64,000 bases of DNA. It comes from an uncultured Ruminococcus sp. (GTDB lineage: Bacteria; Bacillota; Clostridia; Oscillospirales; CAG-382). Numbering within the stretch: position 1 is the first letter of the stretch; each line of letters starts with the position of its first letter. The translations under genes were made by a program, and so were the position numbers. The stretch is taken from positions 69,260-133,259 of the forward strand of contig CAZJVB010000001.1 in the NCBI GenBank assembly GCA_964549435.1. The letters run 5' to 3'. Positions 18,013 to 26,729 of the stretch are shown one piece after another. Under the pieces are notes generated by a model. It did not search any database, had not been told where the DNA came from, and saw only the letters and a list, made by a program, of their open reading frames with translations.

Positions 18013-19964
18013 CAGCGTATATGGCTCCCTGTGGGAATGGTATTGTCTAAAAACAGAACTTTGACTTCGTCTCCTTGATCTGCCGCCAGAATCATGCCGC
18101 AGCTTTCCACGCCGCGCAGTTTGGCGGGCTTGAGGTTGGATACCAAAATCAACTTTTTACCGACAAGATCTTCCGGTCTGTACCATTTCGCGATGCCGGA
18201 AACAACTTGGCGCGTCTCTTTGCCGATATCCACCGTCAGCTTCAGCAGCTTATCGGATTTTTCAACCGGCTCGCAGGCGACGACCTGCCCGACGGTCAAC
18301 TCCACTTTGGAGAAATCGTCGATAGTAATCAGCCCCTGGGGGGGAATCGGTGTCTTGGTCTTTTTCACTTCCTGTTTGGCGCGTTTGGCTTTTTCCTCCT
18401 GTTCTTTTGCTATCTCAGCAAGTAGCTTTTTCTCATCGATGCGGGAGAACAGAATCGGCGTTTCTCCTAAGCGACCGCCGGTACAGGCATAGGTGTAGGC
18501 GAAGGAACCGTTGCAGATTTCCGTTGTCTGTGCGGTGATATAGGTGTTGATGCGGGCGGCGGCGTCGGGGATAAACGGCGTCAGCATGATATTGCAGAGC
18601 CGGATGCTTTCGATCAGGTTTGCCATAACATCGGCAAGTTCTGTTTTCCGGCTTTCCTCTTTTGCTAAAACCCAAGGCGTTGTTTCATCAATATACTTGT
18701 TGCAGGCACGCAGCGCAATAAAAACCTGTTCAATCGCTTCTGCTGCTCCGTACGCTTCCATCAGGCGATAGGCGTTTTGCAGTCGTTCCGACACTGTTGT
18801 CTTGAGCGTGACAGCGGGCGCAGGATCTTTTCCGCTGTATGCGGGGATGACGCCGTCAAAATACTGCTTGATCATGGCACAGGTGCGTGAGATCAGGTTT
18901 CCGAGCGTGTTTGCAAGATCGGCGTTGATGCGCTTGATCAGCGCTTCATAAGTGATGCTGCCGTCGTTGTAGTAGCCCATTTCGGACAGCAGATAGTATC
19001 GGACCGCATCTAAACCGAACCTTTCGATCAGCTCGTCGCCGTAAATAACGTTGCCCTTGGATTTGGACATCTTTTCCTCGCCGAACAGCAGCCACGGATG
19101 CCCTAAGACCTTCTTTGGAAGCGGTAACCCCAGCGCCATCAGGAAGATCGGCCAGTAAATCGTATGGAAACGGACGATATCCTTACCGATCACATGGAGA
19201 TCTGCCGGCCAGAGGCGTTCAAATTGCGCAGAGGGCGTTTCCGTATCATAGCCGATCGCGGAAATATAGTTATTCAGGGCGTCCAGCCAAACGTAGACGA
19301 CATGCTGTTCGTCAAACGGAACCGGGATGCCCCAGCGGAAGCTGGATCGTGAAACGCAGAGATCCTGCAGACCGGGTCGAAGAAAATTGTTCAGCATTTC
19401 ATTCCGGCGGGAAACGGGGGTGATAAAATCTTCATGTGCTTCAATATATTCGATCAGCCGGTTGGTATAATGAGACATCCGGAAGAAATAAGCTTCCTCC
19501 TGTTTGCGTTCTACAGGTCTTCCGCAGTCCGGACAACAGCCGTCCTTTAACTGGGAATCCGTCCAGAAGGACTCGCATGGCGTGCAGTAGTTACCTTCAT
19601 AGGTTCCCTTATAGATATCGCCCTGCTCATAGAATTTTTTAAAAATGCGCTGCACGATACGAACGTGCTCTTCATCTGTGGTGCGGATGAATTTGTCGTA
19701 GCTGATGTGAAAAGAATCCCAAATCTCTCGGATCTGCCCTGCAACGCCGTCTACATAGGCCTGCGGCGTGATTCCCTGCTTTTTTGCTTCCTCCTCAATT
19801 TTTTCTCCGTGTTCATCCGTTCCGGTTAAAAAGAAAACGTCGTAGCCCTGCAATCTTTTGAACCGTGCGATAGCGTCGGAAAGGATTGCTTCGTAGACAT
19901 TGCCAATGTGGGGCTTACGCGAGGTATAGGCGATGGCGGTGGTCATATAAAATTTTTCTTTCAT
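18012..19964 (-). CDS. metG: Methionine--tRNA ligase with C-terminal tRNA-binding (Trbp111/EMAP-like) domain
   Basis: Start taken at ATG 19964 behind AAGGAGGG. HIGN class-I motif (KPHIGNVYE) and KMSKS are present. The ORF-track N-terminal extension to 20207 overlaps tadA and is rejected. Confidence 0.95.
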   Translation of the reverse strand: MKEKFYMTTAIAYTSRKPHIGNVYEAILSDAIARFKRLQGYDVFFLTGTDEHGEKIEEEAKKQGITPQAYVDGVAGQIREIWDSFHISYDKFIRTTDEEHVRIVQRIFKKFYEQGDIYKGTYEGNYCTPCESFWTDSQLKDGCCPDCGRPVERKQEEAYFFRMSHYTNRLIEYIEAHEDFITPVSRRNEMLNNFLRPGLQDLCVSRSSFRWGIPVPFDEQHVVYVWLDALNNYISAIGYDTETPSAQFERLWPADLHVIGKDIVRFHTIYWPIFLMALGLPLPKKVLGHPWLLFGEEKMSKSKGNVIYGDELIERFGLDAVRYYLLSEMGYYNDGSITYEALIKRINADLANTLGNLISRTCAMIKQYFDGVIPAYSGKDPAPAVTLKTTVSERLQNAYRLMEAYGAAEAIEQVFIALRACNKYIDETTPWVLAKEESRKTELADVMANLIESIRLCNIMLTPFIPDAAARINTYITAQTTEICNGSFAYTYACTGGRLGETPILFSRIDEKKLLAEIAKEQEEKAKRAKQEVKKTKTPIPPQGLITIDDFSKVELTVGQVVACEPVEKSDKLLKLTVDIGKETRQVVSGIAKWYRPEDLVGKKLILVSNLKPAKLRGVESCGMILAADQGDEVKVLFLDNTIPTGSHIR

Positions 19965-19980
19965 AAATGTGACCCTCCTT

Positions 19981-20460
19981 TCAAAATGTATCGTTTCCGG
20001 TCGGTGTCCGCTTTTGCAGACGTAGTTCCGCAAAGAAATCGGACAGCAGCTTGGCGCACTCCGCCTCGAGTACGCCGCCGGTGACTTCGTAATAGTGATT
20101 AAAATGATATTTGCGCAGATCCAGTACGCTGCCGTAAACGCCGGCTTTCCGATCGTAACAGCCGAATACGACGCGTTGGATGCGGGAATTGATGATCGCG
20201 CCGGCACACATCGGGCATGGCTCCATCGTAACGTACAACGTGCAGCCCTCCAGACGCCAAGCGCCCATTGCCTTGCAGCCTCGATCGATTGCTACCAACT
20301 CCGCATGAAGCAGCGCATTGCGCTTCTTTTCCCGCATATTACGACCGGTAGCGATGATCTTTCCGTTCTGAACCAGTACGGCACCGATAGGAACTTCACC
20401 AGCGCGCGCGGCGGCTTTTGCGCGCGCGATTGCCTTTTTCATAAAATCAAGATCTGTCAT
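19981..20460 (-). CDS. tadA: tRNA adenosine(34) deaminase
   Basis: HAELVAI and PCPMCAGAI zinc-ligand motifs. The start at the internal ATG lies 4 nt after the upstream CPBP gene. Confidence 0.92.
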   Translation of the reverse strand: MTDLDFMKKAIARAKAAARAGEVPIGAVLVQNGKIIATGRNMREKKRNALLHAELVAIDRGCKAMGAWRLEGCTLYVTMEPCPMCAGAIINSRIQRVVFGCYDRKAGVYGSVLDLRKYHFNHYYEVTGGVLEAECAKLLSDFFAELRLQKRTPTGNDTF

Positions 20461-20464
20461 CGTG

Positions 20465-21445
20465 TCAAACAGGCGCGGCAAAATAGTACAGCCAAAGCAG
20501 GAACGCATATCCGGCAATGACTAAGTATAAAATGGGATTTCCGACTGTCAGGCGGAAAGTTGTGCGCCCGGTTGGAAGCCGGCGCTCCTCCGGCGTTTTC
20601 CGCATGAGTTTCCGTTTGCGGAGAACACGGAAGATATAGATCAGCGCGGAAAGAATGCCGAGCAGAATCATGAGGAGGGTATATATACCGGAAAGCCAGG
20701 AAATCTCGTCTATCTCGAAAACGAAGTACCAATAGGTGATTCCGCCGGAAATGGCATTGTTGAGCATGTGCAGCAAAGAACCGAACCAGATCGAACCGGT
20801 GCAGACGTAGGCATACCCGGCAAATATGCCAAAGCCGAACGCGAAAATAGATTGTGCGGGATCCAGATGCATCAGCCCGAAAATCAAAGAACTGATGAGG
20901 ATCGCCGGCCATTTTCCGACTGTGGGTAACAAGTTTCTGAGCATGATGCCTCGGAAAAGCCATTCTTCAAAGATTGCCGGCAGGATGCTGAGATAAAGGA
21001 AGTAAAGAAGGATACCGGGAGCGGACAAAGGCATGCTTGCCGGATCCACTGGCGTGTCGAAAGGGGCGAGCAAGTCGCCGAGCACTAGATTGACAATCAG
21101 ATTCAGCAGGTACAACAGACCGATTGTCATCATAAGATAGAGAAAAGGAAGGCGCGGTGTTGAGAGTGGACCGGCAAACGGGGATAACGGATTTTTACGG
21201 AAAACAATCAGCAGGAAGCAGCCGGGAATGAGCATCATCAGTAGATAAAGAAGTATTTCCGCAAGTACTACGTGCCATTCCACGGTAAAAAATTCCCGCC
21301 CGAACAGATCGATAAGCACATCCGTGGCAAAAAATGACCAGATCAGATTCAAAACCAGCATCAACAGACCGGCGAACATTACCGCCGAAATGCAGAAAAA
21401 AGCGCGTCCGGTTGTATGCTGCTTTCGCATGGATTTTTCTGTCAT
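20465..21445 (-). CDS. CPBP-family intramembrane glutamic endopeptidase (CAAX protease-like)
   Basis: 326 aa, polytopic. EEWLFRG, FGLMH and HMLNN motifs are present. Confidence 0.88.
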   Translation of the reverse strand: MTEKSMRKQHTTGRAFFCISAVMFAGLLMLVLNLIWSFFATDVLIDLFGREFFTVEWHVVLAEILLYLLMMLIPGCFLLIVFRKNPLSPFAGPLSTPRLPFLYLMMTIGLLYLLNLIVNLVLGDLLAPFDTPVDPASMPLSAPGILLYFLYLSILPAIFEEWLFRGIMLRNLLPTVGKWPAILISSLIFGLMHLDPAQSIFAFGFGIFAGYAYVCTGSIWFGSLLHMLNNAISGGITYWYFVFEIDEISWLSGIYTLLMILLGILSALIYIFRVLRKRKLMRKTPEERRLPTGRTTFRLTVGNPILYLVIAGYAFLLWLYYFAAPV

Positions 21446-21498
21446 AAGTTCCCCTCCTTCATGTCAAAGGGCGCCCATGTATTTCTTAGTAAAACAGA

Positions 21499-21527
21499 AT
21501 TATAGCATATTTTTCCCGCAGTGTCAA
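21499..21527 (-). promoter_or_regulatory. Consensus sigma-A promoter (TTGACA-17-TATAAT) for the CPBP-tadA-metG-tatD-rSAM chain
   Basis: Perfect hexamers and a 17-nt spacer on the minus strand, about 55 nt upstream of the CPBP ATG. Confidence 0.65.
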
Positions 21528-21616
21528 TAAAAGATTCCCTTGTGTTCCAAGTGTATGCCGCTCCTCTTGACCGCTGCTTCATCTTCAAACCGATATCTTG
21601 ACGATCTGCTTTGTTC

Positions 21617-22351
21617 TTACGGGTTTCCTTGATTCTGCCCGTAGCCTTTTGCCGTTGTCATGGTATTTTTTGCCAGTACGGAAGCTTCTGCAGTCGGCGT
21701 ACAGATGAGTTCCCAAAGCGGTACGCGCCGCAGCAGTCTGTCGAGCAGGGAAAGCGTGCGGTCTGTGATCTCCGCATCCCTCGGAAGGAGCATCTGCGGC
21801 AACGCCATTGGCAGCGCCTCTTGAGCTGTCAGGCATCGAATACGATTCTGCCCGCCGCGTTTGAGAAAGCAAAGCCCCCTCAGCGGAACACAGACAGGAC
21901 GTTGCCAGTTTTCCTTGCCTGCCCAAGGCGTCCCGCAGGCATAAAGCTCGCCGTCCCAGAAGCGAAAGATCGGCTTATCTCCGTTGACGGGCCGCACGGC
22001 GTCGCCGTATACCTCATGCCATAGGGCGATATGTGTAGACTTTCCGGTACCGCTCGGTGCGGCAAATGCGTAGGCAGCCCCTTCCAGTTCGATGACTGCC
22101 GCGTGAAACAGAAAGCCGTTCCAAAGCGGCAGATGCGTTCCGATATTCCGATACAGACAGATGGTTTCCAAGTATCCGCAGCTGTGCGGTTCGGCTGATG
22201 CTTGCCGTTCGGCCTCCAGTGCCGTTTCATCCGCACGGACAAAAAAGGCTTCGTCCCCCGGTTCCGTCCGATAGGCAAGACAAAGGTTCTCTGCATCGGG
22301 AAACCGGTTTTCTATACCGATACGCAGATTTGCCATCTTTACGGTAAACAT
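21617..22351 (-). CDS. HPr-kinase-C-terminal-like P-loop protein (function unknown)
   Basis: 244 aa. Walker A APSGTGKST is embedded in a fold-typical context (AAVIELEGAAYAFAAPSGTGKSTHIALW), as in HprK-related proteins found in peptide-maturation cassettes. The gene is monocistronic. Confidence 0.5.
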   Translation of the reverse strand: MFTVKMANLRIGIENRFPDAENLCLAYRTEPGDEAFFVRADETALEAERQASAEPHSCGYLETICLYRNIGTHLPLWNGFLFHAAVIELEGAAYAFAAPSGTGKSTHIALWHEVYGDAVRPVNGDKPIFRFWDGELYACGTPWAGKENWQRPVCVPLRGLCFLKRGGQNRIRCLTAQEALPMALPQMLLPRDAEITDRTLSLLDRLLRRVPLWELICTPTAEASVLAKNTMTTAKGYGQNQGNP

Positions 22352-22461
22352 ACGGTCTTTCCTTTCACGAATATACTATTTTCGGAATGCAGTATAGCAC
22401 AGTTTGTAGCTGTTGTCCAGCAAAATTTCCATTTTAATGGAAGCAGACGTCAAATTCTCTC

Positions 22462-22490
22462 TTGACAAAACCGGGAAGAACGGGTAAACT
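22462..22490 (+). promoter_or_regulatory. Sigma-A-type promoter (TTGACA-17-TAAACT) for pth-mfd
   Basis: Perfect -35, 17-nt spacer and an acceptable -10. Confidence 0.55.
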
Positions 22491-22568
22491 GTAGCAAGGC
22501 AAGGTGGTTACAGGACCGCGTTGCCTCCTACCTATATTTGATTGATCTTTTTGAGAAGGGAGACCGTT

Positions 22569-23180
22569 ATGCGTTTCGGCTCTTCTGCTGTGGAATATCT
22601 GATCGTCGGGCTCGGCAATCCTGGCGAGGAATATGAATTGACACGTCATAATATCGGGTTCCGCGCGCTTGACTATGTTGCCGGCGTCTGCGGCGCGGAG
22701 GTGCACCGTTTGAAACATATGGCTTTGACAGGGAAGGGAACTGTCGGCGGTCACAATGTGCTTCTTATGAAGCCGCAGACCTATATGAACCGTTCCGGGG
22801 AAGCTGTCGGAGATGCTGCCCGATTTTATAAAATCCCGCCGCAGCACGTTATCATTCTGCATGATGACGTTTCGCTGCCTGTCGGTGCCATGCGGATCCG
22901 GCTGAATGGAAGTGCCGGCGGTCATAACGGTTTGAAATCTGTGCAGGAGCAGCTTTCCTCCGACCAATATATCCGGATCAAACTTGGCGTCGGTGAGAAG
23001 GCACATGAAGAGATGGATCTCGCCGATCATGTGTTGGGAAGATTCTCCTCTTCGGATTACAGTGCGGTCAGCGCTAATTTTCCTGCGCTCTTTTCGGCGC
23101 TGGAATTGATCGTTTCCGGTGAAGGGGTGCAGGCGATGAGCCGCTACAACCGCAATGTGCAGAAAACGAAACCGGAATGA
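22569..23180 (+). CDS. pth: Peptidyl-tRNA hydrolase
   Basis: LIVGLGNPGEEYELTRHNIGF motif. Start taken at the internal ATG 22569 behind GGGAG. Confidence 0.92.
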   Translation: MRFGSSAVEYLIVGLGNPGEEYELTRHNIGFRALDYVAGVCGAEVHRLKHMALTGKGTVGGHNVLLMKPQTYMNRSGEAVGDAARFYKIPPQHVIILHDDVSLPVGAMRIRLNGSAGGHNGLKSVQEQLSSDQYIRIKLGVGEKAHEEMDLADHVLGRFSSSDYSAVSANFPALFSALELIVSGEGVQAMSRYNRNVQKTKPE

Positions 23181-26100
23181 TGAATGAAATTTGCCGGCAG
23201 TTTGCCAAAGACCGTGAATACCGATCCCTATTGGAGGGAATTCGGGAAAATCGCACCCCCTGTGCGGTCAGCGGGATGTGCGATTCGTCGCGCCCTTTTT
23301 TCGCCGCCTCGCTTTTGCGGGAGCTGGGCGGGAAAGGGCTTGTCGTGGTCCCGGAGGAAAAGGACGCGTACGCCATGCAGCGTCTTCTTTCCCGTTTCTT
23401 TGAACGGGTACTGGTATATCCCGTACGGGATTTTGTATTTGAAACGATCAGCGCGTATTCCCATGAGTGGGAGCACGAGAGACTGAGTACCCTGAAAAGT
23501 GTCTGCGACGGCGACTATGATGTCATCATTGCCGTGCCTGACGCGTTGATGCAGTATACCGTTCCGGCTGATGTGCTGGAGAAACAGACGATCCGGCTGA
23601 AATTGGGGGATGAGCTGCCGATAGACGGTTTTTGCCGGAGATTGGAGCAGATGGGCTATACCTGTGCCGAGGTGGTGGAAGGCGTCGGGCAGTTTTCTCG
23701 GCGCGGCGGGATTGTCGATGTTTTTTCCCCGCAGTATCGCGAGCCCTTACGGATTGATTTTTTCGGAGACGAGGTAGATCTGATCGGGTATTTTGATATG
23801 GTGGGACAGCGAACCATCGATAATGCTGTCTCCGCTGAGATCATTCCCTGTGCGGAGCTGCTGCCGGATGAAGGCTCTTATCTTCGTTTGGAGCAGGAAT
23901 TGACCGCATTGCTGAAGGGGTTTCGAGGAGAGGAGAAATACCGCGATCAGCTGAAACAGGAACTGGAGGCGGTTTTCCGTCGGGAGCGGCTGCGTTTTGC
24001 AGATCGGTATTATCCGGTATTGTACGGCAGAGAATTCTCCTTGTTGGATGCGCTGGGGAAGGCGTGCCCCACTTTGGTTTTGGATTCTCAGCGTGTGCTG
24101 GAGCGTGCTAAAGGTTTTTTTACCGAAACCTCCGGCGTACTGACCAGACTTGCAGAGAGTCGACTTTGCCGGTTGAAAGGCGGGATGCCGCTGATGGATG
24201 CGGAGTTATTTGCAGTGTCGCTGCCCGTCCGAACCGTTCTGGTGGATTTGTTTGCCCACGAAGGTACTGCGTTTGGCATTAAGACTTCATACTCCCTTTT
24301 GACCAAAAGTACCTCCGGCTTCGGCAGCAATGTAGATCTTCTTATTGAGGAAGTTACGGCTTTGACAGAGGCGAAGCTGCAGGTGCTGTTTTTATCCTCC
24401 GGAGAACATGCCGCCTCCAATCTGTTATCGGTTTTGGAGCAGAAAGGCGTCCGTGCTGTACCTTACAGCGGGGAGCTGCATCCCGGCGTTGTCAGTGTGT
24501 ATGTCGGCGGCTGGGACTTCCTGCCACGCGGATTTGAGCTGCCTTCTGCCGGTTTTGTGCTGCTGACGGATCTCTCGCCCGGTTCTGAAAATGCGCCCCG
24601 CAAGCGCAGCCGTACCGCTTCCCGTAAGGCGGAACGTATCGCTTCATATGCGGATCTTTCCGTCGGCGATTTGGTTGTTCACGTCAATCATGGCATCGGG
24701 CGGTATATGGGAATTCAAAATCTAACGACGGACGGCGTTTCCAGAGATTTTATTAAAATCGTATATGCTGATGGCGGCGTCCTTTATGTTCCCTGTAATC
24801 AGCTGGATTTGGTAAGTAAGTATGTCGGCGGCGATGAGCATACCCGTTTGTCTAAGCTCGGCGGCGTTGAGTGGAAAAAAGCCAAGGCGCGTGCCAAAGC
24901 GGCGGCTTCCGATATAGCTAAAGATTTGATTCGACTCTACGCAGAGCGCCGTGCGCGTGCCGGGTATGCTTTTCCGCCGGATGATGATCTGCAGGAGGAG
25001 TTTGACGGCAGCTTCGAATTTGAGGATACTGAGGGGCAGGTTATCGCTGCACGGGAGATCAAGGAGGATATGCAAAAGTCTTATCCGATGGATCGGCTTC
25101 TTTGTGGAGATGTCGGTTTCGGAAAAACAGAGGTTGCCCTGCGCGCTGTTTTCAAATGTGTATTCGCAGGGAAGCAGGCGGCGATCCTTGTGCCGACGAC
25201 CATACTTGCCTCTCAGCATTATCAGACGATCCTGTCCAGATTCCGGGGATATCCTGTGGAGATCGGCGTGCTTTCCCGGTTTGTCCCGAAAAAAGCGCAG
25301 ACGGAAGCACTGGAACAGCTGAAAAGTGGGAAGCTGAATATTATCGTCGGTACGCATCGTTTGCTGCAGAAGGATGTCATTTTCAAGGACTTAGGCCTGC
25401 TGATTGTAGACGAGGAGCAGCGCTTCGGTGTTACGCATAAGGAAAAGCTGAAGCAGCTTGCTAAGGATGTGGATGTTTTGACGTTGACGGCAACGCCGAT
25501 TCCGCGCACATTGAATATGGCGCTGTCCGGCATAAGGGATATGTCGGTGCTGGAGGAAGCACCGGTAGATCGCGTGCCGGTGCAGACCTTTGTGCTGGAA
25601 CACGACGAGGAGGTCCTATGTGAAGCGATTCGCCGGGAATTGCGCCGCGGCGGGCAGGTGTTTTATCTGCATAATTTCATCGATTCTATCTATTCCAAGG
25701 CGGCGGAACTGGCAAAACAGTTTCCGGAAAGCCATATTGCGGTTGCGCACGGGAAAATGGAACGCGAGGAGCTTTCTGAGGTCTGGCAGGAGATGGTGGA
25801 GGGGGAAATTGACATCTTGGTTTGTACGACCATTATTGAGACCGGCGTCAATATTCTCAACGCCAATACGCTGATCATTGAGGAAGCCAACCGGATGGGG
25901 CTTTCCCAGCTGCATCAGATTCGGGGGCGTGTCGGGCGTTCTGCGCGTAAGGCATACGCGTACCTGACCTATCGCAGAGGCGGGGAATTGAGTGAGATTG
26001 CGGAGAAACGGCTGGAAGCCATTCGCGAGTACACGGAATTCGGTTCCGGTTTTAAGATTGCTATGCGGGATTTGGAGCTGCGCGGCGCGGGAAATCTTCT

Positions 26101-26671
26101 CGGTTCGGAGCAGAGCGGTCACATGGAGGCAATCGGCTATGATCTGTATGTTAAAATTCTGGAAGATGCCGTTAATGCCGAAAAAGGAATCGAGCCAAAA
26201 GCGGAACGCAACTGTACATTGGATTTACAGGTGGATGCGTATATTCCGGAGCGTTATGTTGGCGCTGCCCGATTGCGGATGGATGTTTACCGTAAAATCG
26301 CAACGGTTTCCGATGAGGAGGAGCGTCGGGATTTGGAGGATGAACTGGAGGACCGTTTCGGCGAATTGCCTCCTCCGGTCCGGAATCTGATCGATGTGTC
26401 GCTGATCCGTCATGCGGCGATGGATGCCGGCTTCACTTCTATTGAGGAGAGGGGCGGAATTGTCTGCCTTTACCATCCTGCGATGGATGCGCAGGCAGCG
26501 TTGCGACTGCCGCATGCTCCCGGTTTTCACGGGCGCGTGATGCTGACGCTTTCCGGCAAAATGCATATCGCGGTGCGAATGCCTCCGGAAGCGGATCTAC
26601 TTGGCGATGTGCGGAAAATATTAAAATTGTACATAAAATTCTCACAATTATCCATGGACAAGAGGGAATGA
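23177..26671 (+). CDS. mfd: Transcription-repair coupling factor
   Basis: 1164 aa. Superfamily-2 helicase motifs (GDVGFGKTEV, DEEQRFG) plus a CarD-like region. ATGA overlap with pth. Confidence 0.96.
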   Translation: MMNEICRQFAKDREYRSLLEGIRENRTPCAVSGMCDSSRPFFAASLLRELGGKGLVVVPEEKDAYAMQRLLSRFFERVLVYPVRDFVFETISAYSHEWEHERLSTLKSVCDGDYDVIIAVPDALMQYTVPADVLEKQTIRLKLGDELPIDGFCRRLEQMGYTCAEVVEGVGQFSRRGGIVDVFSPQYREPLRIDFFGDEVDLIGYFDMVGQRTIDNAVSAEIIPCAELLPDEGSYLRLEQELTALLKGFRGEEKYRDQLKQELEAVFRRERLRFADRYYPVLYGREFSLLDALGKACPTLVLDSQRVLERAKGFFTETSGVLTRLAESRLCRLKGGMPLMDAELFAVSLPVRTVLVDLFAHEGTAFGIKTSYSLLTKSTSGFGSNVDLLIEEVTALTEAKLQVLFLSSGEHAASNLLSVLEQKGVRAVPYSGELHPGVVSVYVGGWDFLPRGFELPSAGFVLLTDLSPGSENAPRKRSRTASRKAERIASYADLSVGDLVVHVNHGIGRYMGIQNLTTDGVSRDFIKIVYADGGVLYVPCNQLDLVSKYVGGDEHTRLSKLGGVEWKKAKARAKAAASDIAKDLIRLYAERRARAGYAFPPDDDLQEEFDGSFEFEDTEGQVIAAREIKEDMQKSYPMDRLLCGDVGFGKTEVALRAVFKCVFAGKQAAILVPTTILASQHYQTILSRFRGYPVEIGVLSRFVPKKAQTEALEQLKSGKLNIIVGTHRLLQKDVIFKDLGLLIVDEEQRFGVTHKEKLKQLAKDVDVLTLTATPIPRTLNMALSGIRDMSVLEEAPVDRVPVQTFVLEHDEEVLCEAIRRELRRGGQVFYLHNFIDSIYSKAAELAKQFPESHIAVAHGKMEREELSEVWQEMVEGEIDILVCTTIIETGVNILNANTLIIEEANRMGLSQLHQIRGRVGRSARKAYAYLTYRRGGELSEIAEKRLEAIREYTEFGSGFKIAMRDLELRGAGNLLGSEQSGHMEAIGYDLYVKILEDAVNAEKGIEPKAERNCTLDLQVDAYIPERYVGAARLRMDVYRKIATVSDEEERRDLEDELEDRFGELPPPVRNLIDVSLIRHAAMDAGFTSIEERGGIVCLYHPAMDAQAALRLPHAPGFHGRVMLTLSGKMHIAVRMPPEADLLGDVRKILKLYIKFSQLSMDKRE

Positions 26672-26729
26672 ACACGGTATAATAACATCAATGTCACGGA
26701 TTTTCATTAAAAAATCGGAGGAATCACGG

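Noticed and set aside
19965-20207. N-terminal 81-codon extension of the metG ORF given by the ORF track
   Set aside because: The extension overlaps the 3' half of tadA and has non-protein-like composition. A strong AAGGAGGG RBS precedes the internal ATG at 19964, which gives a canonical MetRS N-terminus.
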